Assembly: GCF_006345805.1 (NCBI RefSeq)
Contig: NC_043012.1
Span: 8,680,001 to 8,744,000, forward strand
Origin: Octopus sinensis
Lineage: Eukaryota
Direction: 5' to 3'
DNA: 64,000 nt
In this document: in pieces, positions 49,790-63,337 of the stretch
Numbering within the stretch: position 1 is the first letter of the stretch
How the letters are laid out: every line of letters begins with the position of its first letter
Position numbers and translations under genes: made by a program
The notes under the pieces: model-generated
Told to the model about the DNA's origin: nothing
The model's database searches: none
The model's input: only the letters and a program-made list of their open reading frames with translations

Positions 49790-52700
49790 GCACGCACCGC
49801 ACACAAATATATACACAAAGCGAATCTAAATCATACTTCCTTCTTCACCAACCATTATATCCTTACATCTTTTGATTGTACATATAATTGTATCGTTTTA
49901 TACACACACATAGAATTCAGGCATTCATTGGAAACACAGCTAGGGATCTCAGCTGTGTCCCTCCAAAAAGTGCTTCCCGCCTTGGCCGACTGGGATCCAA
50001 ACCCAGGCTGATCAGGCTGTTGTTTACAGGCTTTACTGAGGCGCGGACATTCCATCTAGCTGCTGATAGAGCTCGGCGTGACGACATAATCAACTTTAGA
50101 ACATGTCCTGGCCTACCACCCAATGTACGCCAAAAGCTAAGATCTGTAGCTTCCCTAAATCGCAACTCTGTGCCACAGGAGAGTTTTAGCCTCCGCGATG
50201 ATGGGCAAATCTGGAAATTTGTCAAGTTTGGTGAGTCGTGGATAAGGGATGCCAGTTGGACTGAGCAGACTACACCCACAACAACAACTGGCAAAAGAAA
50301 AATCTTGGGAAACTAACCAAGAACAATCAGCCATCCCCTGTATATCATCATCTGAAATCCAGATATAAACAGCTGTCCTTGAATGCCCGTAGTTTATGCA
50401 ACAAGTTGCATCCTTTTGACTCCTACGCCAAAAGTATCAACCCAGATTTCATCACAGTCATGGAAACATGGGCACACTCTGCACTCTGTGATGGAGTTTT
50501 CAGCATAGCCGGCTACAACCTTGACCGCAAAGACCACATTAATCGCCGTGGAGGGGGTGTGATAATTTATGTTCGATCAAATTTATCAGCAATCCCCTGT
50601 GATGATTTGAACCAATCTCAGCAGGAAGTATTTTTCTGCAATATACACATGACCATGTCAACACTTCTGCTCGGAGTCATTTACCGCCCCCCCCAAATTA
50701 TCGTCAAGACGCACAGCTTTTTGATATCCTCAGAGCTGCTGCCATGAAAACAGCCACGTATGTGTATATTGCGGGTGACTTCAATTTCCCTGAAATTGAC
50801 TGGGAGGCCTTCCGTTGGCCACAAAGTGCAGACGATTTCCTTGAACTGGTGCTGAATTCAAATTGGTCCCAAGTTGTTATCTCCCCCACAAGGAGTAACA
50901 ACACTTTGGATCTGCTACTTACCGCTTCTCCTGAAACAATCATTAGTGTCACTACCTACCGAAGAACCTTTAGGTGACTCTGATCATTCCATGATCATGG
51001 CCGACTTGTCTCTGATTGGTTGTAACAAAAAACACAACTGTCTTCAGACTGCCCGCTTTGACTGGAATAAAGCAGACTGGAGCTCTTATTGTACTGAGCT
51101 GCAACGCCCAAACTGGCTCGAATTTTATGCCTCTGGAGATGTGGACACTATACTCCAGAACATTCTGAATTCAATACGGGCAGCATGTGCAGCATCAGTA
51201 CCATGCAAGCACAAAAAACCACCCAATAGTGCAATTTGGGAGACTGCAGCAGTCCGACTTGCCAGGAAAGAACGCCGTAATGCTGAACAGGAATACAAAT
51301 TGCACAAATCAGAGAGCAACAGGATAAAGCGCAATAGGTCAGCCAACCACCTCAAGCAGGTGACAAAAAAGGCAGTGCTTGAATTTGAACAACGCATTGC
51401 AGCTAACCTTGACAGCAAAGTGTTCTGGAAGTATGTGCACTCAAAGCAGAGACCCCACTCTCCAGTTGGTCCCCTTCGCAATCCCCACACAGTACAGATT
51501 ACTGGCAATCCCGAAGAATGTGCAGAAATCATTGCTGGATGCTATGCCGGCATCTTTACTGTCGAAGACCAAAATGTTCCATCTTCATCACCTCTGACAT
51601 CGGACTCTATATCTACTATGCAATTTACACCAGCAATGCTACAACGCCACCTTAAGAATAAACGCAACTATGCCTCTCCTGGTCTCGATGGTGTTACATA
51701 CCTACTTCTCAAACGCGGTGGGTACTTTCTTCTAAGCCAACTTTCTCTATTCTTCCAATTCTGTCTTGACAACGGTGTTACTCCAGAACAGTGGAAAACT
51801 GCCAGTGTCATCCCTCTGTTCAAAAAAGGCGACCGCACATCGCCTGTCAACTATCGCCCCCGTTAGTCTCACTAGCTGCATCGCCAAACTGATGGAATCC
51901 TGTATCAGAGAAACCCTCTGGAACTTCTGGAAGTCTCACAGCCTCATCCAGCCGTCGCAATTCGATTTATTCCTAACTCCAGCTGCTGTAATCAACTCAT
52001 CAAGTTTCTTGAGGACGTTACCCAAATCACTGATCACGGATCCTGGGTGGATGTTGTTTACCTGGACTTTGCTAAGGCCTTTAACTCTGTGCCACACAAA
52101 AGACTTATGGTGAAGCTTTCTGCGTTGGGTGTAAGAGATGAACTCTATAACTTGTTGAAGTCCTTTATTTTCGGCCGAAAAGAGGTTGTCACAGTTCTAG
52201 GACAGCACTCTTCGCCCTATGAGATGACATCTGGTGTACCACAAGGATCTGTTCTTGGCCCCCTTTTATTTGTTGCATATGTTAATGACATAGATGCCAA
52301 CTTAAAGAATGCCACAGTGCTGAAATATGCAGATGACATCAAGCTGTACCCCGAAATAAAGAGATCAGATCCTGTACACTATAGATCTCTATTGCAAGCA
52401 GACTTGGACACAATGCAGCAGTGGATCATGGACTGGCAACTGAAGCTGGCTGTGGACAAATGTACCACCATGCATTTTGGGAGGAGAAACCCAGCGTCCA
52501 CCTACTCCCTCCACAACACTAGTCTCAAAAAGTCTTCATGTGAATGTGACCTGGGTGTTATTGTCGACAGTGATTTGCGTTGGACAAAACACATCGCTAA
52601 AATTGTCAAGAAGGCTGATGGTGTCTTGGCATCACTCACCAAATCCTTTGTGAGCCGCTCTCCGACTATCTATCTGCGGCTTTATATAGCTATGGTAAGA

Positions 52701-53268
52701 CCTCACCTGGAATTTGCATCACCGGTCTGGAACCCCTATCTTGCCCAGGATATCAATCATCTGGAAGCTGTTCAGCCAAAAGAATACCCTCCATCAGGCA
52801 TTTGCCATATCCTGAACGCCTTACTTCCCTGGGCATGGACACATTGAAACTCCGACATCTGGCAGCTGACTTGGCAGACACACATAAAATTATCAACCAT
52901 CGTACAAACAATAACTCTGAGCACCTTTTCAAACTCCACCCATCTAACACCCGTGGACATATTTACAAAGTCAGAAAACAGCACAGCTCCCATGACTTCA
53001 GGAAACATTTTTTCACGCTGAGAGTTGCTGAAGCCTGGAACAAACTGCCGGCATCAGTTGTTAGTTGTCGGAGCACTGCATCCTTCAAAACTTCCATGCT
53101 TTCTGAGATTCGCCAACACTACACCTGATTTTCTCCCCTCCATACACACACAAGCATGTATCTGACTCATGCATTGTTCGCTTTCCAGACATTTGTACAT
53201 TACTGCATATACTCTGACAAGTTGTGGTGCACCTGAGCACTGTATACAATAATTTCATTATTATTATA
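49790..53268 (+). mobile_element. Near-full-length CR1-clade LINE (ORF1 remnant; APE + RT ORF2 with 5 frameshifts; (TTA)n tail)
   Basis: APE: LNARSLCNK, ETW, GGGV, YRPP, AGDFNFPEIDW, LDLLLT, SDH. RT: NYRP-VSLTS, YLDFAKAF, GVPQGSVLGPLLF, YADD, DLGV, RPHLEFASPVWNP. The 5' boundary is approximate. Confidence 0.95.
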
Positions 53269-54992
53269 TAAATACCTTACAGAGGGAGTGAACCTAAAAC
53301 CACATAGTTGGGAGACAAGCTTCTAAATCACACAGCTATGCTTGTGTCTTTGTTTCAAAAAATGTTTTAAATAATAAAGGATTTAGTAAAATAACTGTCA
53401 TTATTAAGATGGTATTTGGAAAATAAATGAACATGAAATTTTAATGGTAGGTTTTAATTTAGATCACTTAAAAACAAGTTTGTATGATAAAACAAGGAGC
53501 AGATAGGTGGGTTAGTATCAGAAGGGTTAATAGGAAGACAAGATCACCAACCTTCTGGTCTTCTTGCCACTTTGGCAGTTCCTAATAATTATTCCACATG
53601 AGAAACAATCAGCTAGATTAGGCCAGTAAGTTGGTTACCTCTCCACCAATTAATATTAACCTCAAATGACTTGAAAATGTATTAAACTAATAAAGAAGTA
53701 TAAGTTATGGTGTGTTTGTTCATTCGTTTTACATGTATTTTTTTCTATGCTAGCCTGGGTTAAATGAATATATTATTGAAGTATTATTTTATAGCTAGAT
53801 GCCCTTTTTGCTAACCCATTCCTGTTTTATCAAGTAAGGGAAAGGATACCTTTAGCTCCATGTTTTTCAAAGGGGCAAAGTCAGCAGGTGACCTATCGAC
53901 AAGGGGAAATGACACTTATATCACCACTTATAGTTGAGTGGTTTTCAAAGAAACACAAATGTAAAAAACACACAACCATGTGTGTGTGTGCATTTTATTT
54001 ATTTTTTTTTGTGTGTGTGCTTAGCTTCTTTCAGTTTCCATCCACCAAATCTGTTCAATTTGGGTCTATAGTAGGTGGCCCTTGGTCAGGTCACCACAGA
54101 GTGAGACAGAACCTGACATGACATAACTGGGTAATGATCTGCTTAACCACACTGCCATGCCTGCACCTACACAACCTGGTGGTTATTATAAAACAGAATA
54201 ATACATGATTCCAAGAAGGTTCGTGTAAATCTCAACACAACTTTTGACTTGCGAACAGGGCTGTGGAGTCAAGACAAAAAACTTTGACTCCTCTATTATT
54301 GGTACCTCCGCCCCTGACTCCTCTTTATGTAATTAATTGTGGTCTACATATCTCATAAAGCATATGCTTGTACTTTGGGTTGGCCTATATGTTATAACTG
54401 GTTTATTATATTAAAGAATAAAGATATTGTGAGTCGGAGTTGGTTTGTTTTACCGACTCCAACTCCACAGCCCTGCTTGGGAGGCCACAAAATATCGAGA
54501 TATGGAAATGAATTCCATTCCAAGAAATATTTGGACAGAGGTGTTACTGTGCCAGGTAAAATGCTAATGGCATTTTGTCTGTTTTCGTTCCGAGTCTGAA
54601 TTCGGCCATGGTCGACTTTGCCTTTTGTCCTTTTGGGGTCAATAAAATAAGCATCAGTTGAACACTATGGTTGATGTAATCAACTTCCTGGCCCCACCTA
54701 AATTGCTGGCCTTGTGCCAAAATTTGAAACTATTATTTGGTTAATTGGTACTGGTTGATTTCTTTGTTACAGAGCTGGCAGATTTAATAGTATCTGTTGG
54801 AACGAGTGTTTTCACCATCTGTAATATCCATTATCTGGATAGCATTGTGCAATGACTTATATGTGGGTCTCATCTTTATGTTACCTGTGTGTTAATTACA
54901 TTTACAATTTTACTTTGTTTGTAAAAGTATTGTTTTCTGCTATTTCTGTTTTAATAGATTCTCTTTTAATTCTCACTTTTTTTCTGTATTAG

Positions 54993-55068
54993 GTGAATGT
55001 CACCTTGAAAAAGAGTGGCAATAAATTGGAACACCAAGGTATTAAAATAGAATTTATTGGACAAATTG
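54993..55068 (+). CDS. VPS26: VPS26 exon 3
   Basis: VNVTLKKSGNKLEHQGIKIEFIGQI + G; TAG/GTACGT. Confidence 0.97.
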
Positions 55069-55085
55069 GTACGTAATTCTTTTAA

Positions 55086-55306
55086 ACCTTTAGTGTACAG
55101 ATTACTCTGTTAAATGTAATACTTTTTCACTCAAATTGTTTTGAATTGATCATGCATTATCTTATAGCTTTGAGGTTTCAATGATGTGATTGTTTATTTT
55201 CAGAATGGCATTGTAGGTTAGGAGTGAGAGGCTAGATATCGCCAGTTTGAATATAAAACATGTAGAATATATTGGGCCGGATTTGGCCGGTTTAAACACC
55301 AAAGAG
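55086..55306. mobile_element. TTAA-flanked (piggyBac-type) MITE; related copies at ~10580-10770 and ~21420-21650
   Basis: ttaa|acctttagtgt ... acaccaaagag|ttaa; shared internal ttgttttgaatt(a/g)atcatgcattatc. Confidence 0.6.
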
Positions 55307-55699
55307 TTAAGGATTTTTACAATATTTACTAAAATGGTTTTTCTTATATCATTTTTCAATTTGTTTAATCAACAATTTCTCCGTGGTTCTGCTGTTAGAA
55401 TGCTTTAAATAAAACAAATAGTAACAGCGGTCATGTTATATGCAAAATTTCTCAGACTGGTGAGTTTATTACTGTTAATGTTCTCTGGAGAAGATAAATG
55501 AAAACTATATTGTACTACTTAGTTGAGAGGTTCTAATAGTCATGGCCAAAAAGCTTTACTAATGACAAAACTAATGACATTGCTTTCACTGAGTTGTTGT
55601 GTGATGTAGGACAACTTCAAGAAACCTCATTCTACAGAAACAGGAGTGGTGGTCACTGAGGTGGGAAAGAAGAAGAGATTTTGTCTTCACCCCCATTTA

Positions 55700-56500
55700 T
55701 GTTTGAAATGAGTGATAGATGTGTGTGTTACATTGGTAGTCATCGAGGTGAGTAAAGTTGTGCTTCATGGAAACGCTTTTGTATAGATCGAAGACTGATT
55801 GATCTAGCAAAGATAGGCACTAACTTTTGATGCCCATGAATGGAAGAGACATTGCCAAAACCAGTTGCCATTTTGGGTTGAAACAAACAAAATCATTGCA
55901 AACTAACAGAAACTTCTTTGGCAAAAGATCAGAAGGTTTGGTAGTAAGTTTGGAAATAATTTAGAGGCTGAGGAGAGGCTAAGTGATTTTGAAATGCTGG
56001 TTTTATAAGTATGGTGGTGGTGGTTGGGAGTTCTTCCTGGTGGTGTTGGCAATATTGTTGTCATTTTGTCCTGCAGAGTAGACCACCATGGTGGTTTTGT
56101 AGCTGTGTTAGTTGTATGAGATATGTGGAGGATCGTAACTCAGAAGATGGTATTCATCTCTGACAGCTGTGATAGATTGGTTACAGACGAACATTTGTTG
56201 CCAATGGGAGTCAGTGTAAAAGTAGCAGATAATTGACCAGTGGAGGGATTATGTGCTTTTTGGGTTAGGGGAGGTGAGGAGATTAACAACTGTCGATAGT
56301 TTAAGATGGTGGTAGTGAGGGGTTTACAGGAACCAAGATGAATTGATTAAATTCATTAAACGCACAAGTCGTTTGATTAACAGGTGGTGGTGGTTGTTCT
56401 GGAGAAGCTTGGTATGTAGAGGTAGGAGATGAACTTAAAACCAGAGTAACTGGATGTCTTTGTTGTTGATATTCTGGTGACAAAAATTGATGGTAGGGAA
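55700..56500 (-). mobile_element. Highly degraded retroelement, possibly Penelope-like RT
   Basis: Minus-strand fragments resemble G.AMG.K..P.FA and .LDD motifs, with many disruptions. Confidence 0.35.
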
Positions 56501-56553
56501 TGTGAAGGCACCACCTTTGAGTGAAGTTGAATTAAAAAGTGTGTCCTGAACAG

Positions 56554-56735
56554 TCATCATCATTTAACGTCCGCTTTCCATGCTGGCATGGGTTGGACGA
56601 TTTGACTGAGGACTGGCAAACCAGATGGCTGCACCAGGCTCCAATCTTGATCTGGCAGAGTTTCTACAGCTGGATGCCCTTCCTAATGCCAACCACTCCG
56701 AGAGTGTAGTGGGTGCTTTTTATGTGCCACTGGCA
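56554..56735 (-). mobile_element. RTE-tail SINE
   Basis: Family core. Confidence 0.85.
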
Positions 56736-57420
56736 GTGGAGTTAGTTATATGGGATGAGTATGTTATCGTCCGACAAATTTTTGTTGACGTTGTTGTAAT
56801 TTTATTGATAATCTAACACAAGTCCAACACCATCCAACTGTTACAAGTTATTTTCCACTAATTTTTCAGTTATAAGAGTTTGTTTACCATAGACACCAAG
56901 CCCATGCCTAATTCCTCATGATGGTAAATTGTTTCACCCTTTGATAGAAATATTAGTAAAAGAGCAAAGATTACTTGAATCTAAGATTGTAAAACTATCT
57001 TTATCACCACATACAGTACAGTGGTAAATATTTTGCAGTGTTGTTTGATGATGTTATCTCAGATAGATAAAGAAGTTTGTAACTGAGATAATACAAGTTG
57101 ATGTTTAAACAAGAGTAAAAAAGACTATAATTTATTTAATAAGCAGTTTTTTTAGGTGATTGTTAAAAATACATACAACACTAGATTAGATTGTTAAACT
57201 AGCTGCTGCTTGTTTTTAAGGCCAGGTAGAGGGGAATGAATAAGTTGGTAGTTCTGGGTGGATCTTGTGTGAAATGTCCTTGCGGCTAGATAGTGGTAAA
57301 TATGCAAGTTGATGCATTTTGGCAGAAAATTTATCTTTTGATAGATATAGTTAAATCTGTAATTATTACTACTTCATGCCTGATTTGAAACCTATTAATC
57401 CATTAATTGAACTATTTCAG

Positions 57421-57577
57421 AGTTGTATTATGACCGTGGCAATCACCATGAATTTACATCACTTGTCAAGGAATTGGCTCGACCAGGTATCCTAACCCAA
57501 AGTACCAGCTACAATTTTGAGTTTTTACAAGTTGAGAAGCCATATGAATCTTATACTGGTGTCAATGTTAGGTTGAG
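57421..57577 (+). CDS. VPS26: VPS26 exon 4
   Basis: ELYYDRGNHHEFTSLVKELARPGILTQSTSYNFEFLQVEKPYESYTGVNVRLR; CAG/GTATGT. Confidence 0.98.
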
Positions 57578-57684
57578 GTATGTACACTCTCTCTTTCTGT
57601 CTCTCTCTTTTTAGTCTTGTCAAGCGTATGGTAATCCTATCTAGTGACAGTGCCACTATAAAATACATCTGCTACATGGCAACA

Positions 57685-57908
57685 GGCGGCGAGAAACGTT
57701 AGCACGCCGGGCAAAATGCTTAGCGGTGTTTCGTCTGTCGTTACGTTCTGAGTTCAAATTCTGTCGAGGTCGACTTTGCCTTTCATCCTTTCGGGGTCGA
57801 TAAATAAAGTACCAGTTTCGCCTTGGGGTCGATGTAATCGACTTAATCCCTTTGTCTGTCCTTGTTTGTCCCCTCTATGTTTAGCCTCTTGTGGGTAGTA
57901 AAGAAATA
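57685..57908 (+). mobile_element. SINE family A
   Basis: 18-bp direct repeat tataaaatacatctgcta at 57657-57674 and 57909-57926. Confidence 0.9.
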
Positions 57909-58196
57909 TATAAAATACATCTGCTATTTTAAGAGTTGGGTTGTGACGATCCTTCAGTTTTGTCAAAGACACATCATCATGTCTGGTGGTGATGCCATGA
58001 TGTAATGCACCTCATGCACCCTGTACAGTGTTTGGTGTTAGAAAGGATGTGGTTCTGTTACCTGTCTAGGAGGATAGTCACAACCTGTCCAACTCCTGTC
58101 AGCATGGAAAGCTGACATAAAATCAATGGTTCGTGATGATGACAACAATACATATAATGAGCCTTTACCAGTAACACTTCACTGACTTTAGCAATA

Positions 58197-58425
58197 CCAC
58201 GTAAAAAGCACCATCCAATTGTGGCCGTTTGCCAGCCTCGTCTGGCACGTAAAAAGCACCCACTACACTCATGGAGTGGTTGGCGTTAGGAAGGGCATCC
58301 AGCCGTAAAAACATTGCCAGATCAGACTGGGCCTGGTGCAGCCTTCTGGCTTCCCAGACCCCAGTTGAACCGTCCAACCCATGCCAGCATGGAAAGCGGA
58401 CGCTAAACGATGATGATGATGATGA
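58197..58425 (+). mobile_element. RTE-tail SINE ending in (GAT)n
   Basis: Family core in the opposite orientation to 56554-56735. Confidence 0.85.
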
Positions 58426-58607
58426 TCCCATCTCTACTTCTCTAATTTCCATTTATATTGTCATTGAATGCAAACATCGAAATAAAACTCAAGTTTTAAT
58501 ATTGAACTTCGTCTTCGAAGAAATGACGATTTGTTCTTTTCTATTTTTCCTTTTTTTTTTTTTTCCTTCTGTTCATTTTAAATGAAGTTGTTTGTTGATT
58601 TGTGCAG

Positions 58608-58772
58608 ATACTTTCTGCGTGTGACCATTGTGAAGAGAATCACAGATGTAGTGAAAGAACAAGACATCATTGTACATACCCTCTCACAGTATCCTGATAT
58701 GAACAATAGCATCAAAATGGAAGTCGGCATTGAAGATTGCTTACATATAGAATTTGAATATAACAAATCCAA
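58608..58772 (+). CDS. VPS26: VPS26 exon 5
   Basis: YFLRVTIVKRITDVVKEQDIIVHTLSQYPDMNNSIKMEVGIEDCLHIEFEYNKSK; CAG/GTAAGT. Confidence 0.98.
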
Positions 58773-59705
58773 GTAAGTTTCTGCAGATGTCACTATCTGT
58801 CTATCTAGCTTGATTGCTATCTATCTATCTGTCTGTCTGTTTAGCTTGATTACTTTCTGTTTGTCTAGCTGTCAAGAGCAGCATTTCCAAACCAGAATTT
58901 CCTGGAGTCTTAGGGTTCTGTGAAGGATCACTTGGGACTCCATGATAAATAGTAATAAATATGCTAATTATATGCAAATGTCTTTTGGAGTAATTTATAT
59001 TTGTAATTTTAAATTTGTAGTGTTTAATTTTATATTTGTAATTTTATCATCTCTGCATGTTCATATTCAAAATCTAGGCATTTGTTGAAGTAAGGAGACC
59101 CTACAGGCAATTGGAGGGGAATTGTTTTAGACAAAATTTCTCAAACATTCTTTGTGGCATCTGATGGATTTAACACAAAGAGAAAGAAAAAGATTAATAA
59201 AGATACATTTTTCTATAGAGTTTCCTGAGATATGGAATTTACTCAATAAAATAGCTGGGAATTACTGGTTTGGAGAGACAGTTTAGCAAGATAATTACTT
59301 GTGAAATAAAACAAATTTATAAAGCAATGGGCCATCTTCAGTCTCCTTGGTAAAAATCCAATTGTTGACACAACACATTATGACTACTATTATTGTAATA
59401 GTCATGAGATGCAGACATGGCTATGTAGTTAAAACGTTTGCTTCCTAACCACATGGTTTCATGTTCACTCCCATCATGTGGTATCTTAAACATCTTCTAT
59501 TATAGCCTCAGATCAACCAAAGCCTTGTGAGTAGATTTGCTAAATGGAAACTGAAAGAAGTCCAAGTGATTGTTGTAAATGTGTGTTGCCGTCAATCAAG
59601 CAATGGCCTTCGTTTCCAATACTCCACAAAAACATGTCTAGCCATGGGGAAATATTACCTTGCTTGGAAACAGATGAGGTTTTGGCAACAGGCAGGCAAC
59701 AAGAT

Positions 59706-59934
59706 GGTGAGCTGGCAGAAATATTATCACGCCGGGCGAAATGCGTAGCGATATTTTGTGTGCCGTTACGTTCTGAGTTCAAATTCCGCTGAGGTCAACT
59801 TTGCCTTTCATCCTTTTGGGGTCAAGAAATTAAGTACCAATTATGCACTGGGGTTGATGTAATCGACTTAATCCCTTTGTCTGTCCTTGTTTGTCCTCCT
59901 CTATGTTTAGCCCCTTGTGGGCAATAAAGAAATA
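59706..59934 (+). mobile_element. SINE family A
   Basis: Full body; flanking aacaggcagg repeat. Confidence 0.85.
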
Positions 59935-60230
59935 ACAGGCAGGGCATCAAGCCTTATAAAAGCTACCTCAATAAACTTAGTCTAACAAAAGTAAGCATGG
60001 AAAAATGGACATTAAAATGATTATGATGATGATGAGTCATGTATAATAGTAATATTTTCAACAATTAGTAAATTCTGTAACTAAATTCTGGGCTTAAAAA
60101 AAAGGAGATCAAGTCTAGCTATTTTTGACATTAACCATCAGTGAAATATTAACTACAACTGGTTATTTCTGACTGTAAAATGGAATGATTACAAGAAAAA
60201 TGTCTATGTTGGTTGTGTTTGTTTTTCTAG

Positions 60231-60337
60231 GTATCATTTGAAAGATGTAATAGTGGGCAAAATATATTTCCTACTTGTCCGAATAAAAATCAAACACATG
60301 GAAATACAAATCATTAAAAGAGAGACCACAGGAACTG
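60231..60337 (+). CDS. VPS26: VPS26 exon 6
   Basis: YHLKDVIVGKIYFLLVRIKIKHMEIQIIKRETTGT; TAG/GTGAGT. Confidence 0.98.
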
Positions 60338-61402
60338 GTGAGTATTTGTCTAGTTGTTATTGCTTTTATGTAACCCCAGGTCTGTCCTGATCCAGCAGAT
60401 GTATGATCAAAGACATTCTAGGAGTGACCATTCTATCATTTTAATTTTATTTGTAAAGGTGATGAGCTGCCAGGAAAAATGCTTAGTGGCATTTTGTCTG
60501 TCTTTGTTCTGACTTCAAATTCTGTTTTGCCTTTCATCCTTTCGGGGTCAATAAAATAAATACCAGATGATCCCTGGGGTCAATGTAATCAACTTACTCC
60601 CTCTCCCAAAATTGCTGGCCTTGTGTCAAAATTTGAGATCAGTTTTATTTATTATGTTTAGAGTAACATTATCCAGTGAGATTTTTTTACCCTTAAGACA
60701 CCAGTATGTAATTTGTGGGGAGATTTGGTTGTTATTTCTAGCAGATAAAGCAACCACAGAATTTCCTTTTATCCTCATCAGTAATAAAATATAAATGGTG
60801 ATGAGTTTTGTAGATGTAAACTCTTGAGTTTTATCCTTGATTCAGTTTCAACTCCACGTATTAAACTTTTCAGTATGCCTTTGGAGACTGACCCACTCAT
60901 TTTAACTTCCATTGTTTGGACAGGCATAGCTTTGTGGTTAAAACATTTGCTTCACAATCATGTACGATCAGTTATATCATAGGCATGTGCTTTATAACCT
61001 TGCCTTGGGTCAATGTGATATTTACAAATACTAACTGGATTAACAAACTGTGGGGAAACATGTTGAATGACCTTGAGTAGGACAGTTAATTTATGTGCCC
61101 TGTTGAACACCACTACCACCATTACTACCTGGTTCTTCAGTGCCTCTGACAGGATCCATTGTCTTACAAAGTGTTCAGATCAGTTTTCTGGTCACAGGAT
61201 AACAAGACATCACCATACACTGCTTCCCATTGTATTTTGGTTTCTTGCTTCTTTGACTAGTCTTGATGATATCAATCACACAATGTCTTGGAGGGTCTCT
61301 AAAAGTTTTCCTCTTCAGTAAAAGATATTTGCCCAAGGTGTTACATAGTGGGGCTGAACCCTAAATCTTGTCTTGCCCACAAGACACCACATAATATATA
61401 TT

Positions 61403-61630
61403 TTTTTTACTACCCACAAGGGGCTAAACATAGAGGGGACAAACAAGGACAGACAAACGGATTAAGTCGATTACATCAACCACAGTGCGTAACTGGTACT
61501 TAATTTATCGACCCCGAAAGGATGAAAGGTAAAGTCGACCTCGGCGGAATTTGAACTTAGAACGTAACGGCAGACAAAATACGGCTACGCATTTCGCCCG
61601 GCGTGCTAACGTTTCTGCCAGCTCGCCGCC
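61403..61630 (-). mobile_element. SINE family A, young copy
   Basis: Reverse complement of the consensus-like copies; flanked by ataatata. Confidence 0.9.
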
Positions 61631-61824
61631 TTATAATATAATAATATAGATAGGTCTGAAACATCCCCTCCTCAATCTTCCTTGGTGAGGTAGTTATGGG
61701 TTTTTTTTTCTCTTGGTAATTTAATCTCTTATGTTTTTAATATTTTTTTTTCTTTTCTTCCTATAAAAATGGTAGTTTTTCTGTTTGACCCATAAGATGT
61801 AATGATATTTGTTCTACTTTCCAG

Positions 61825-61893
61825 GTCCCAATGTTTACAATGAGAATGAAACAATTGCAAAATATGAGATCATGGATGGTGCACCTGTCCGAG
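61825..61893 (+). CDS. VPS26: VPS26 exon 7 (gene continues beyond the window)
   Basis: GPNVYNENETIAKYEIMDGAPVR + G; CAG/GTATGA. Confidence 0.97.
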
Positions 61894-61964
61894 GTATGAT
61901 CAGTTTCATCAATGTTGTTTGCTGAATATCTGTTAAATATAATATGTTAGTAGACTCATGAATT

Positions 61965-62390
61965 AAAGTTGATAATTATTGGTCTCTTAAATGAAATATT
62001 GATAGTTATTGATTCTTTTAAATATCTAATTATTAATCTCATAAATAAATATAATTATTGATCTCATAAATAATATCTATAATTATTGATCTCGTAATTA
62101 AATATTGATCCCTTAAATATAATATCAATTTGTTGACCTCTTGAGTAAAATAATGATTATTGGTTTCTTAAATAAAACATCAAAAATTATTGATCTCTTA
62201 AATAAAAACATCAATAATTATTGGTCCCATGAATAAAACATAATTATTGATCTCTTGGAATAAAACATTAGTAATTATTGATCTCTTGAATAAATATCTA
62301 CACTTATTGGTTTTATGAATATAATTTTTTTTTATCTATGAATTGAATAAACTGATCTGTTTAATATCTCCAGTTATTGACTTGATTAGA
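61965..62390. repeat. Degenerate AT-rich minisatellite (~25-35 bp unit, aattattgatctct..aaata)
   Basis: Motif repeated about a dozen times. Confidence 0.7.
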
Positions 62391-63108
62391 TATATCATTT
62401 GAATAATGTTTTATATTGATTAGAAATATCAAAGCTAATTAAGAGAGAGAATGTGAGTAGTTGTACATTCAATCAAATATTGAACAATTTCTGATGAAAG
62501 GTTACAACTTACTATTTCATGAGATATTTATTATGGGGTTTCATGGAGCAGTAGTACATTTTGGTAAGGTTCCTTCCAAAGCTCTCACCTTTGCTTTAAT
62601 GAATTGTCTGCATGCGATAGTGCACCACCTCCTGGTCAGTGACATTTGGCAGTCTGGCCAAACTAGGTTGGTTGAAAGTGACTAATGAGTGCCAATGACT
62701 TTTTAAAATCTCTGTAAAATTCTGTAAGGGTTTGTCACCTTGCACACATGAACACTGGAAGTTTTAGTGTAGACAAGGGTAGTTGCAGTTACCCACCCGA
62801 CCCTGTCCTCTGCTAGTGATACTCTTTAAGATGAGTTGTCAATGTTCAAAAGGCAGAGGTCTTTGTCAAAACAAAGTGTATTTGCTATCAGCTTTGTTCA
62901 TCTAATGGTTGATTTTCTATGCTTGTATGGAGTAGATGAAGACTTATTTCAGGCAGGATTTTATGGCCAGATACCCTTCCTGTCATCAACCTTTTACCTT
63001 TCTTACAAGTAAGGGATTTCTTTATTCCACAGTTCTTCAAACAACCAACCAACAAGCAAAGCTGTGGAATATCAACATTTAAGCACATTCACATGCTCAC
63101 ACATACAG

Positions 63109-63144
<36 letters not shown>

Positions 63145-63337
63145 AGCTTCCTAGATACTAGATTCACTCACAACGTTGGTAAAGCCAAGACAATTGTTCA
63201 AGGTGCTGTACAGTAGGACTCAGATGCAAAAAGAATAAGGCTGTGATTATTTCAAATTTTATAAAACGGAAGTATAACTATTCTTGAAGAAACCAACTCT
63301 TTCGTCTCTCTAATACAAGAAGTATTAGGCTGATAGA

